The notes beneath the pieces are model-generated. The model made no database searches, was not told the DNA's origin, and saw only the letters and a program-made list of their open reading frames with translations. From Octopus vulgaris (taxonomy: Eukaryota), in NCBI GenBank assembly GCA_951406725.2, contig OX597827.1:34658001-34722000 (forward strand): 64,000 bases of DNA, given 5' to 3'. Each line of letters opens with the position of its first letter. The stretch's first letter is position 1. Of this stretch, positions 25,562-38,690 are shown piece after piece. The position numbers and the translations under genes were made by a program.

Positions 25562-27337
25562 GAAACTTGCTTAAGGTGCTGCACAGTGGGACTGAACTTA
25601 ATTCACCTTAATTACACATTTACTTTTAATTTTTTATTTCAACATTTCCAAACAGGAATATACTATTCATTACAGAAATATTATTTGTAAGCAGTAGTCG
25701 AGTGGATATGAAGTTTGCTTCTCAACCATGTTGTTGTGGGTTCAATCACACTGTGTTGCTCCTTTGTGTTAAACAAAACATTGTGTTAGATATTTGATAG
25801 ATAAAAATTTGTATGGGAGCCCACCGATGAAAATCATTTCTGAACGTAGAGTGCGTTGGGAGAAGATTTAATCCAGTGACTAGCTTAACATCACCACCTG
25901 ACACTCAATGTTGAGGTGACAGTGTCAAATCGGATCTGTTAAAAAGAGAACGAGCGAACAGAATTTGGTTCCAGTTCATCCAGAAAAGCAGTAATTGTAA
26001 ATAAGAACTGACTGGAGCCTTGAAGACTCGTCCAACCCATGTAAACATGGTGAAGAAGATGTAAAAATTGTGTGTGTGTGTGCGTAATGTATATATATTA
26101 TGTATTTCAGGCCCTAAAGTATTTCGGATACTAAATCGAAAGGAAAGTACGCCTTCGAATAATTAAGAAATGCTTTATTTAATTATTAAAAAAATTTTTT
26201 CACTTTTTAATATCAAGAAAAAATTTCATTTTCAAAAATATTATGGTTTTGAAGTTAAGAATTTGTAAAAATATATGAGCAACGGAGAAAAAATGTTTCG
26301 TAATCATTTTGAAGTGTGATTGTTTTGCTGCGCTGCTTGTTTACGTTTAGTTTTTAAAAGCTGCAGGACTCTGCGCGGATTATGTATGTGCGTGGGTGTA
26401 CACATACACACACACACACACAAACACGTACGCAGTATGTGTGTGTGTGTGAGAGAGAGAGAGAGACTATATATTAATTATATAGATGTATGCATGAAAA
26501 ATTTAACATAAATGAATAAATAAAAAAGTTGGTAATGCTACTAATTACTTATTACTCCACAAGCTTCTTGCTTAATGTATTTAGTTAAAGACAGAAAAAT
26601 AGAAAGTTATGCAATGAACACACACCACTGCGAATGGCAAAGGTTGAGCAGTGGTTGACTATTTCACTGCTAACCAGGGAGTTTGCGATAATGTTTGGGG
26701 AAAATGTGGAGAGATTTTATATCATACTGACATTGTTTTGACCCAGGGCAGCTTGATCGAAAGCATTCTCCAGCTGCGATCATCTCCTCTAGTTTTGTTT
26801 TTGTTTTGTTCTAAGCACAATATATCTAAGAATATGTAAGCCAACGTTTTTACCTACTTTTTTTTTTTTTTTTTGAAGTGTGATTACGGAGGGATTTGTC
26901 TGTTGTTTTTAGCAAGACAAGCGAACCCGTAGTCTCTCCGTTATTGACGCTAGTGAGAAAGATTCAGGGAAGTGAGAAACGAATAACGAATGACCGATAC
27001 CAATAACAAAATAATTGCTTCTAATCGAAACTGAAAGATTACAAACTGTTATCATCATCATCATCATTTGTTTTCCCATTTCAATATTCTTGTTATTTGG
27101 TTAAGACATTTCCATTTCGATCGTTTGCACAACTGATTTTACTTGTTTATATACACATATACATACGTACATACATACATACACACACGCACACATATAT
27201 ACATATATACGCACACACACACACAATAACACTAAATAGAAACCAAAATACACGACAAATCAGGAATGACAGCAAATTAAATTGGCATCAAAAGGGATAG
27301 CGGTAATCGGTGAATCTATTAGATAGTATTTAAGGAA

Positions 27338-27700
27338 CTGTACCTTGATGTTTCGAGTAGTTTGGATTGTGTTTTGCGAAAATCTGCTGAAGAAGTCGAT
27401 CATTGTCGACAGCCAGACACCAAAACGGTGTAAGATAGAATAAGTGTCTTCTATAAAAGATTTTTTTCCAGAGAAATATACAACTATTATTTAATAAAAA
27501 TATCATATATGAGCAAAAAATGACAGTTCTGTTAATCATATTGTTCTTAAGATGAGTTTTTCTGATAGTTTTAAGATTTTGATTATACGTGTGTTCGCAA
27601 ATCGATTTCCCCCTCCTACTATGCAGTGCCGTCTTAATGTAGGGCACGCAGAGCTTTTACCCGAGGGACCAACAGTCTGGAAGTCTAATGCTAGTTTATG
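27338..27700 (-). promoter_or_regulatory. Candidate promoter and non-coding first exon of ZNF gene 1
   Basis: CpG density is visibly higher from ~26 to 29 kb. There is a minus-strand donor-like site CAAG|GTACAG with the exon end at 27344. Confidence 0.4.
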
Positions 27701-29991
27701 TGAGTGGCTTACTAGCAATAAATACATTCTATATGCCCCTTTTACTTCAGGATGAGGGTGATGCAGATGTTAAGACTGCGCTGTCATTATGTTCAAATTG
27801 ATGAATCAGTATTCTTCCATTCATAATTTTTGTTTGTTTGTTTAACCTCCAGATTCATTCAGATCGAGAACTATCATTAAATAATGTCTCGTCATTTTAA
27901 GGTAATCCAAAACTACGTTATCGAATGAGAAATTTCATGTACGATATTAGAATATGATTTGCGTGTTTGGCTGCTGTTTCCAACAGACCGAACGATTATA
28001 CAGAGGTCTTCTCGACGTTAGGTTGTTTTATTTCGTATATTATCGATCCAGTTGTTGTTTGGCCTCAGGTCAACCCTCACGAGCAGGCCTATAATCAAAG
28101 ACATTTCGATCAGGACCACTCCATCTTGCTTTTAACAGGAGTGTCTATTGGATTACATTATTTAACGTGTTCATTTCCATTATTTTCCTTCTTATTTTTA
28201 TTGTTTTTCAAAGAGTAGGTTGTAATGTCAGTGATCTGGCCGCAAATTTTAGCTAGTCTATCGACCACATAGAGACTCTATCGTTGTCTTGCTTCTTCCG
28301 TTCTTTGTAGTCTACGTGGTAAACATTAACTACTTTATATTTAATAATACACATAATCATTTCCATTTATATTAAAAGATATACTACTTTGTTGAAACTG
28401 CATCAATATTCACTTGCCTACTAAGCTGTTCTTTAGACTGGGTCTGCTCTGATGGCGGAGGCCAAAAATCATTCCATCCATGACCTTCTAGGCAAGCAGA
28501 ATGCCTCGAAGAGACTACATTATCAAATAGGATCGTTCGTTTTTACGAAGATATGGTGTGATTTGAAGGAGATCTATTTGTTATTTGAATGCAAGAAGTG
28601 TGGTTAGAAAGTTCGCTTCGCGACTACGTGGCTTCGAATCCCGTCCAACTGCATAGTACATTGGACAGCAGAGAATCTATCGTAGTTTCGGGTGAACTAA
28701 AAGATGGTCTTCTGGGTGAAAATGGGTGGACGGAAACTATGTTAAAGTCCATCAAAAGAGCCATTCCTGTCCTTGAGTGGTAAACTTAATCCGTCGCACG
28801 GTGCCTTCAGCGTAGTATACACTGTTCCAGCTCGGCCTGAGGACAACTTCCTCCCTTCTCTTCAGTCTCAGAGATCCCTGCAAAGAATCATGAATGCTAA
28901 CCTACATCCCCTCACTGTGTCATTTACAAAAACGTTGAGTGATGGTCTATAAAATCTACACACACATCTACACAATTTAAAAAAAATTTATGGGAGGGTT
29001 ATGAAGAAAAATAAAAAAAGAACTGAAAAGTTCCTCTGGTATTATATTGATGTTTTGCTTGAGGTGTTGGCAGATATTCATACACACGTGTACTTCTGTA
29101 CATTAGCTGTTAAAACACACATGCATGTGGTGCTGTATATTACATGTTTACACACATGTGGGATTGTATATTTGATATTTACAGAAACATATGTACATAC
29201 ATGTGTTATTGCATATTACTCTATTATTTACACACATGTGGTGTTGTATATTAGGTGTTTATATTCACAAACATACACAAATTTTATATTAGATGTTTAC
29301 ACCCACAAGGTGCTGTATATTAGATGTTTACACACTCACACACATGGGGTGGTGTTATATTATATATTTATATGTATACACACACACCGTTTGGTGTTGT
29401 ATAGCTGAGAAACTAAACCAGAAAACAGAGGATCAAATCTAATTAATTTTGGTCAAAAGTCACAAATTTTGAGACATTTATATTTTTAGCTACCATGTCC
29501 ATAACAGCAGAAAAAGCACACTTAACTATGTTGTTGGGAAGGACAAAATCTCTGCTGATCTTTAATAGCAAATGTGTTATATTTGGTAAGATCTTGTATA
29601 CTTCAGCCACATAAGGTGTTGTTTAGAAGTTTGGTTTAGTTTCACACAATTATCACATTACATGTCCATTATTTTCCTCAGTTAAATAGAAATAGAGGAA
29701 CATTCCATGAAAGGAAGTTCATCTATTCCAGATCCATGAATCTGTTGTTGAGGTCATTATGGCAGCCGAAAAAGTATTCTGATATTTGTAACACATTTTT
29801 TGATGGATCACATTTACATTTACAAAGGTGTTGAAAGTGAGGGAAGATATTTCTTAAAACTTAGGTTTTCAAAAAATTCAGTTTTACTGACAAGATAACA
29901 TGTTGAGGTCTTGCAATCTATAATATTCTTTTAATTTTGATTGTCTTTATTTGATGTAATTATCTTTACGACCATGTTCAAACATTCTTAA

Positions 29992-30216
29992 CCCTTTTGT
30001 TACCAACCCAGCTGAAACCGGCTCTGGCTCTAAGTACAAATGTCTTGTTTACAAATGTCTTGTTTTGAATTAAAATCTTCCACCAAACCTTAGTCACAAT
30101 TTATGTTCCTAACACCAGCTGAATGATAACTAAGTTATTTTATTAAATTCTTTGTTATATTTAAAGTAATCGAAAGAAACACAGAGCATCTCAGAATAAA
30201 TACAGTAACAAAAGGG
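29992..30216. mobile_element. piggyBac-like MITE
   Basis: TTAA|CCCTTTTGTTAC ... GTAACAAAAGGG|TTAA, with TTAA at 29988-29991 and 30217-30220. Confidence 0.88.
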
Positions 30217-30827
30217 TTAACAATGACTCTCCACAATCTACAGTTTTCCAATGCTCATGGTGACTGCTCTTTACTGTATTGTATGAGAATTGATCAATGA
30301 ATGTTTGAATGGCTCTTCCTCTACTGTACCTGCCATTAGTTGGTTCCCACAATAGTAGCTTGATGTATTTAATTTACTGAAAATATCAGCAAGATATTTT
30401 GGGTAGAGACAATTGGAGCCTGGATAGCTCTCCAGATGGTCAGCTCCTGTCAAACTGTCCAACCCATGTAAGCATGGAAAACAGACGTTAGGCAATGATG
30501 ATGATGAAAATATCACTGGATTCTCATGAACTGGAAATCCTCTTGATTTCTATCAAAGTCCAACAGTATCACACATAAATATGGAGGAGCAGTTTCGCAC
30601 AGTATTCATTCACATACTTTTATTCTTTTACATGTTTCAGTCATTTCACTGTGGCCACTTACTCACTTACTCTTTGTAAGCCTAGTACTTATTCTATCAG
30701 TCTCTTTTGCCGAACCACTAAGTTACAGGGATGTAAACACACCAACATTAGTTGTTAAGCGATGTTGGGGGAACAAACACAGACACACACACATAAATAT
30801 ATATACATACACGCATATATATATGTA

Positions 30828-30883
<56 letters not shown>

Positions 30884-30920
30884 CATACATACATATATAT
30901 ATATACATACATACATATAT

Positions 30921-31256
30921 AAATAATTAAGGGTACTAACAAGCAGTACTGGCATGCTATATATAGCAATTAAAATGACCTAACCACAAATTTTCACTCA
31001 AAGACAAAGGTGAAAGCTGGCAAATGAATAAAAATCCTAAAACCCCCATACTTTTTCTCCAAAGTTCGAAATCACAGTGATATGGGCATGTCTGGCTTTT
31101 TCAATTTTCAATTATTTTCATCATTGGCGCAGGGTGTTAGAATTCTTATTCATTTGCCTGCTTTCACCTTTGTGGTTAAGTGAAAATTTGTCATTTGGTC
31201 ATTTTGATTGCTATATTTAGCATGCTGGTACTGCTTGTTAGTACCCTTAATTATTA
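30921..31256. mobile_element. Foldback MITE-like element with ~125-bp inverted arms
   Basis: aataattaagggtactaacaagcagtac...cctaaaaccc (30922-31045) is the imperfect reverse complement of gggtgttag...gtactgcttgttagtacccttaattatt (31132-31255). Confidence 0.75.
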
Positions 31257-31444
31257 ATTGATAACTTTTGTAACATTGAGGGTTTTTTACGCATGCTAAG
31301 CCACTGATATTATTATAAACAATAATATCCTCATATATTTTTAAATAATTTTTATTCACTTCGATTACCTTTTTAAAATTTGCTGCAGCATTAAAAACAG
31401 TCATTGTACACATTGGTGAGATGAATAATCTTTATAACCCATAA

Positions 31445-31675
31445 GGTGGCGAGCTGGCAGACACGTTATCGTGCCGGGCGAAATGCTTAGCAGTATTTCG
31501 TCTGTCGTTACGTTCTGAGTTCAAATTCCACCGAGGTCGACTTTTCCTTTCATCCTTTCAAGGTCAATTAAATAAAGTACCAGTTTCGCACTGGAGTCGA
31601 TGTAATCAACTTAATCCCTTTGTCTGTCCTTGTTTGTCCCCTCTATGTTTAGCCCCTTGTGGGCAATAAAGAAAT
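31445..31675 (+). mobile_element. Young SINE of the same family as 12879-13106, with a 16-bp TSD
   Basis: TSD ataatct(t/c)tataaccc at 31425-31440 and 31676-31691. Confidence 0.85.
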
Positions 31676-31980
31676 ATAATCTCTATAACCCTGGGATCAG
31701 TAAGACTCACTGAAAATGAACTAAATTCAAAATCACGGTGATACGGGTATGTCTGGCTTTTTCAATTTTCAATTATTTTCGTCATTGGTTCAGGGCTTTG
31801 GAATTTTTATTCATTTGCCCACCTTCACCTTGGTGGTTTGGTCATTTCGATTGCTATATTTAGCATGCTGGTACTACTTGTTAGTACCCTTAATTTTTAA
31901 TTGATAATTTTTTTACCATTATGGGTTTTTCTATACATGCTAAGCCACTGATATTATAAACAATAACATCCTCATATGTA

Positions 31981-32012
<32 letters not shown>

Positions 32013-32157
32013 CATATATACATATATATACATACACATATATACATATATATACATACACATATATATATATATATACATATATATATTGTTATATTTC
32101 AGAATGGTCATTTTGCCAGTTTAGCCAACAAATATATAAATGTACATATATATACAT

Positions 32158-32196
<39 letters not shown>

Positions 32197-33361
32197 GACT
32201 TCTTTCACTTTCCATCTACCAAATTCACTCACAAGGCTGAAAACTATAGTAGAAATACTTGCTCCAGGTGTCATGCATTGGGACTGAACCCAGAGCCATG
32301 TGGTTAGGAAGCAAGCTTCTTACCACACAGCCATGCCTGTTTATAAAATGTTTAAAATAGTTTTTGAGTTACTGGATGGGCTTTTATCTGATTTATTACT
32401 TTTACTACTTACTTCATTAGTTCATCCAATATAGGACTAAGCTTAGTAGCTGCCAGACTCTTGGAATAGTCTAATGATTAGTCATCATATCAAGATTATC
32501 ATCTTTCTGGAGTTTCACTGTTCCTTTATGTCAAACCATCATTGTTGGTCCACCATCCTCAGCGGTAGACACTATAGTAGTTACTGGAATATTATTTAAT
32601 GCCAGCTATTTCCATACTACCTTATAGATATGTTGTACAGTAGTGGTAGTGGTCGTTTTTAAAGCTTCATTAAAATAATATCAATTTTGAGCTCTGTTGA
32701 AAACCATGCATTAGCAAGAAGGTTTTTTTCTTCTGTCACAAGCCGTATTTTAATCAAGAGCTCTTACAGGTAAAAAAAAACTGAGTTTATAACTAGTTTG
32801 AAGTTCATGTTTTATTCCTGTAGGTCAGTGAACCTTTCTTCATTCAGGTGTTTCGAGTATATCTTGAACATGGAGAGAAGCTCAAGTGGCTTCTCTCCAT
32901 GTTCATGATACGCACTTTTGAGATGTCTTGCCAATATTCCTTGTGTCATGGAATCATGGCAAAAAGAAAAACGTAACAAACAGGATAGTTTGATGTCGTC
33001 TGTACCATCATAAATGAACCAAACTTTTAAATATGGTACCAAATATTCACAAACCTTCTGATGTCCTTTTTTGTTATTTTGGATGTTCCACCCATACAAA
33101 AGATCCTGTGATTCAATTACATAGAAACTCTAAAGGGTAGTTGAATTTTCTAGTTATTGGTCAAGGAATTTTGTTTAAGAACAGTAAGTGGTATTTTTCT
33201 TGAGAAATGGCTGTGTGGTTAAGAAATTTTCTCCCCCAACCATGTAGTTTTGGGTCCAATCCCACTGTGTTGCACCTAGGGTAAATGTCTTCTACTATGG
33301 CCTTGTGAGTGGATTTGATAAATGGAAACTGTAAGAAACCTATTCTATGTTGTTTGTTCCT

Positions 33362-33651
33362 TTTCAAACCACGTCTGGCTCATAAGGGCTGGTTTCCCGG
33401 TTTCCTTGGCGTATAGGTTCCCCACCTGGATGGGACACCTGTCTGTCACAGGTGAGCTGCAACATGCAGGAGGAAAGAGTGAGAGAAAGTTGTGGCGAAA
33501 GAGTCAGCAGAAGTTCACCATTACCTTCTGCCGGAGCTGTGTTGGGCTTAGGTGTTTCGCTCATAAACACACACATCGCCCGGTCTGTGATTCGGACCGG
33601 CGACCCCTCGACCGCAAGTCCGCTGCTCTAACCACTAGGCCATGTGCCTCC
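33362..33651 (-). mobile_element. tRNA(Arg)-like SINE, possibly of the octopus OR type
   Basis: Head ggaggcacatggcctagtggttagagcagcggacttgcggtc..., related to 48633-48916. Confidence 0.75.
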
Positions 33652-33884
33652 ACATTGTATGTGTGTGTGTTGTATTCTTGTCTAGACACTGTGTGGTTGT
33701 AAATGAACATCACTGTTATATAAGTAATGTTGTTCGTCTCCAGTCTTCTATGAAAAACATGTCTGGCCACAGGAAATATTATATTGCATGGAAACAGGTG
33801 TGGGTTGGTGACAGAAAGGGCATCCAGTTATAAAAAAATCTGCCTGACCCCTTACAAACATGGAAAAGTGGATGTTAAATGCTC

Positions 33885-34752
33885 ATGATGTTGAATAAGC
33901 AACTGATAAAATCTAAAATATGCTCCATGTGGTGTATAAATGAATCATGATGTTGAATAAGCAACTGATAAAATCTAAAATATGCTCCATGTGGTGTATA
34001 AATGAATCATGATGTTGAATAAGCAACTGATAAAATCTAAAATATGCTCCATGTGGTGTATAAATGAATCATGATGTTGAATAAGCAACTGATAAAATCT
34101 AAAATATGCTCCATGTGGTGTATAAATGAATCATGATGTCGAATAAGCAACTGATAAAATCTAAAATATGCTCCATGTGGTGTATAAATAAATCATGATG
34201 TTGAATAAGCAACTGATAAAATCTAAAATATGCTCCATGTGGTGTATAAATGAATCATGATGTTGAATAAGCAACTGATAAAATCTAAAATATGCTCCAT
34301 GTGGTGTATAAATGAATCATGATGTTGAATAAGCAACTGATAAAATCTAAAATATGCTCCATGTGGTGTATAAATGAATCATGATGTTGAATAAGCAACT
34401 GATAGAATCTAAAATATGCTCCATGTGGTGTATAAATGAATCATGATGTTGAATAAGCAACTGATAAAATCTAAAATATGCTCCATGTGGTGTATAAATG
34501 AATCATGATGTTGAATAAGCAACTGATAAAATCTAAAATATGCTCCATGTGGTGTATAAATGAATCATAATGTTGAATAAGCAACTGATAGAATCTAAAA
34601 TATGCTCCATGTGGTGTATAAATGAATCATGATATTGAATAAGCAACTGATAAAATCTAAAATATGCTCCATGTGGTGTATAAATGAATCATGATGTTGA
34701 ATAAGCAACTGATAAAATCTACAATATGCTCCATGTGGTGTATAAATGAATC
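33885..34752 (+). repeat. Minisatellite, 14 tandem copies of a 62-bp unit
   Basis: Unit atgatgttgaataagcaactgataaaatctaaaatatgctccatgtggtgtataaatgaatc. 868 bp / 62 = 14 copies, with only scattered single-base variants. Confidence 0.97.
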
Positions 34753-37700
34753 ATCATTATTTTCTCTTCGCTTTTTTTTTTTTCATGGTTGCAGCAAAGA
34801 AACTGGCAATTTTTATATTTTTACAGCTGGATGCCCTTCCTATCACCAACTACTTTGTAACATGGAATGGATGTATTCTATCATGCCACCAGCACCAGAG
34901 TTCTTTGCAGCAAGACTGAAAGGTCCTTTCTGACCTCCTGTTACTGCTTTCTCAGATGAATTACATTTGAGACAGTACAGGATTTCAGTGGAAGCCTACA
35001 ACACTGGGGATGTCTTCACTGTCTAAGTAGAAGGAAAAAACTTATTTTAACAATCTGTGACAGTTGCATTCACAATGCAGGAACTAAGAGAACTTACTGG
35101 ATAGGTTGGATAGGATTATCACCTGTTAAACTTTATAGATGAGGGCAGTGCTTGTACTTAGTTCTTGGCCAAGAGTTAAGAGAGAGAAAGATGGCTATGG
35201 GGACCAACAGTATCCAAACATATTGTTAAATACAGCTAAACATATAGAGAAAGAGATAACAATGGTGGTTTGTGGCAAGGACTGGGGTGGGGTGGGAATC
35301 TAGCTACTAAGGGAACTAACTTATTGGCATAGAACACCCTCGTTTAAAGGATGGGTGACTGGTTATAAATATGGCCAGAACTGCTGGACACTGCCAATAC
35401 TTATTTAACATAGTAAATTATGAAATATTATTAATAAATAATAAATAGTTAATTACTTCTCTTATCTTAGCTCTGAACTGGGCTATTTTCCAACTGCCTT
35501 CAAGCCTTAAATGGGGCCTGAGGTAGCTTACAACTTAAGACATGAACATTTTCACAGGTGTGGCTATGTGGTAAGAAGCTTGCTTCCCAGTCGCATGGTA
35601 GTGGGTTCAGTCCAACTGCAAGGTGTCTTCTACTACAGCCTTGTAAAAGGATTTGGTAGCAGGAAACTGAAAGGAGTCTGCCATATATGTATGTGTGTCT
35701 TTGTCTCCTAGCACCACTTGACAACTGGTGTGGTTATGTTTACATTCCCATAACTCAGCAGCTAGGAAAAAGAGACCAATACAATAAGTACCAGGCTTTA
35801 AAAAATTATACAAATTGGGTTTGATTCAATTGATTAAAAGATTCTTCAAGGCGGTACCCAGTCTAAAGACTGAAAAAAGCAAAAGATACAAGAGAAAGTG
35901 TCACTGATTTATAAAGTGTAAACTTAATTAGCTCTAATATTTTTGCAGTGATGCAATGACTAAATAACTGTCTCCTGATCTTTGTAATTGTGGTCTACAT
36001 TGGAAATTAAATAATAAAAAAAAAAAAAAAGATTAGAGTTGCAATTCACATAAATTAAAACAAATACCTTTTATCTTTTAATCATTTCAGCCATTACATT
36101 GTGGTCATGCTGGAGCACTGCTTTGAAGAGTTTTTAGTCCAATGTATTGATCCCCAGTACTTATTTTTTTTAAAGCCTGGTACTTATTCTATCAGTCTCT
36201 TTCACCAAGCTGCTAAGTTATGGGGATGTAAACACACCAGCACAAGTTGTCAAGCAGTGGTGGTGTGTGTGTGTGTGTGGGGGGGGGGGGCAAACAAAAA
36301 AAAACACATGGATATGACGGTTTCTTTTCAGCTTCTGTCAAACAAATCCACTAGCAAAGCTTTGGGTGGCCTGAGGTCTATAGTAGAAGACACTTGCCCA
36401 AGGTACAATGCTGAAGGACTGAACCTGGAACCATTTGGTTGGGAAGCAAGCTTCTTACCACACAGCCACTCCTGTTCATGACTTATTTTACTTGTACCTT
36501 AGAATTCATAAGACTAGTTACCTGATTTCCAAGAAGTATAAGTGACTGAGATCACAAAATTCCTCAAATCAGGATGCTGGTGGTTCAAAACCAGTGACTT
36601 TGAGGGGAGGGGACAAGCTGGTTACATTTTATCAATCTTGAAGAGATGAAAGTCAGAGTTGACCTTGGCAGGATTTGAACTCAGGAAGAAATGTTGCTAA
36701 GTATTTTGTCTGACTTGCTAAAAATCCTGCCAGCTCAAACCTCAGCTGTTTTAATGTTAAAACTTGAGGAAAACTATAAAACACTACTTATATCTTTTAT
36801 CTGTTTCAATCATTAGATTGTGGCCATGCTGGGGCATTGCACTGCATTTTTAGCAAATGAATCTACCTTTCACTCTGCAAAAGTCCTTTTGATGCCAACA
36901 AGGGTAGTAGCTTTCTGAACTTCCTCCATCTCTGCTTTCCCCCACCCCATCTTTATACCCAGGTTTTTGTCAGTTACTGTAATCCCCATTCCCTACTTGC
37001 ACCTTCTTGGCAATACCTGTCTATATTAAGACCTCTCTACCTTTAGGGCATGCCCTGGCAATTGCCATCATTTATCTCTCTCTTCCTTTCTCTACTATCC
37101 CATCTATTCTCTGATCCTTGTTACTTGTGAGTATACCCTAGCACTTCATCACCACCTCTCTCCTGCATTCTCTTGCTGTTTACCACTCTCTCTCTCTCTT
37201 TCCCTTGCCCTTCTCTATGACTGGGTAACTATGTATCTCCATTGGAGCAGCACACCTGTTTCTGCCTTCATTATTGATCACTCTGTTTCCTTCTCTTGCT
37301 TTTCCCTCTGGCTAGGTAACCAAGTATCTCCTTTACATCAGCACGTCTGTTTCTGCCTTCTTTCTTGTACCTCTCTCTCTCTCTCTCTCTCACTGGGTAA
37401 CCATGTATCTCCTCTATAGCAAGACACTTTTCTGCCTCTCTAAACCTTTCATCATCTGACACAAGACCATCTCCTCCAATCTCAAAATTCCTTGCCTTGC
37501 AGGTTACTTGATGACTCTGTCAGTGCTGGTGCCACGTAAAACGCATCCAGTCCACTCTATAAAGTGGTTGGCATTTGGAAGGGCATCCAGCTGTAAAAAT
37601 CCTGCTAAAGCTAACCTTGCCTGTGCTAGTGCCACATAAAAAACACTGAATCCACTCTGCAGAGTGGTTGGTGTTAGGAAGGGCATCCAGCTGTAAAAAG

Positions 37701-38339
37701 CCTGGCAAATCAGACAGAGTAACCTCAGGTAATCATGTGCCTGGCTGCCTCCTGTCAACTGCCCTACCCACACATGCATGGAAGACAGACGTTAAATGAC
37801 GATGACGAATGGACCCCATTACTTAGTTTTATTTCTTTTCAAAGTCTGCTACTTATTTAATTGGTCTCTTTTGCTGAACCCACTCAGTTATGGGGACATA
37901 AACACACCAACACTGGTTATCAAGTGGTGATGAGGAACAAATGCAGACACAAGACATACATATATATACATGATGGGCTTCTTTGTTTCCATCTACCAAA
38001 TCCACTCACAAAACTTTAGTTGGCCCGAGGCTATTGTAAAAAGCACTTGCCCAAGGTGCCACTCAGAGGGACTGAAACTGGAACCATGTGGTTGGGAAGT
38101 AAGCTTCTTATCACACAGCTGTCTTGTTTTATTAAGCTACTCTTGTGTTAACAAGATTGTCAATAATACTGTTTTTCAAGTTAATCAAGCAAAAGTATGG
38201 ATTTTCTATAGTCTTAAATTATATTTTTGAATATCTGCAGTGCACTTAGATATTTGTGATACAAAATTAGACATTTCTCTAAATGTGGGCATAACCAGGA
38301 TTTTGATCAAGGGGGTACACATTCTTGAATTCAGTCTAT

Positions 38340-38690
38340 CATTCAGAGCACTGGGCAGAAATCACATCACTTCTGTGCGGCTCGGTCGGCTACGCGATGC
38401 TCTGTTTTAATTAGACAGTCGGATTCCTCCGGTCTGTACCAGTTCCGAGTCGACTGTTCGCCGCCAGCCAAACGTCGTGGTGTGATGACTGACCCCATGT
38501 GAGGAGAAGCCGGGCCGTGCACACCGATGTGACGGCGAGCCCGAAGCCGTGTCGCTTCACGGCATCCCAGGTGTGGAGCTGTGTTGTTCGCACCCACTAT
38601 GCCCCGTATGAAACCGCACGCGTGCCGCCAGACGACTGCCCGACGACACGCCGGGAGGCGTTGAGCACCGATGCATGAGAAGGCCACTTT
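38340..38690 (-). rRNA. Dispersed 28S rRNA fragment (conserved core plus adjacent GC-rich expansion segment), pseudogenic
   Basis: The + strand cattcagagcactgggcagaaatcacatc ... cgcgatgctctgttttaattagacagtcggattcc ... accagttc matches the reverse complement of the conserved eukaryotic LSU core. Confidence 0.92.

Larger units (their letters stand above)
29420..33110 (-). mobile_element. Fragmented hAT (Charlie/Buster-like) transposase remnant interrupted by nested insertions
   Basis: The minus strand shows a BED-finger-like N-terminus (YLK.WFI...CLL...LARHLKSAYH..KPLE, 32812-33099). At ~32350-32600 it gives IVSTAEDGGPTMMV*HKG...LAATKLSPILDELMK*VVKVINQIKAHP, a decayed TDGAPAM block. At ~29490-29550 it gives SFPTT..FSAV, resembling the dimerisation domain. 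Confidence 0.72.

Noticed and set aside
33885-34752. CRISPR-like array
   Set aside because: The units are contiguous and nearly identical with no unique spacers, there are no cas genes, and the context is eukaryotic.
24657-38690. A genuine rDNA unit
   Set aside because: There are only two short, separated 28S fragments, with no 18S, 5.8S or continuous LSU sequence.
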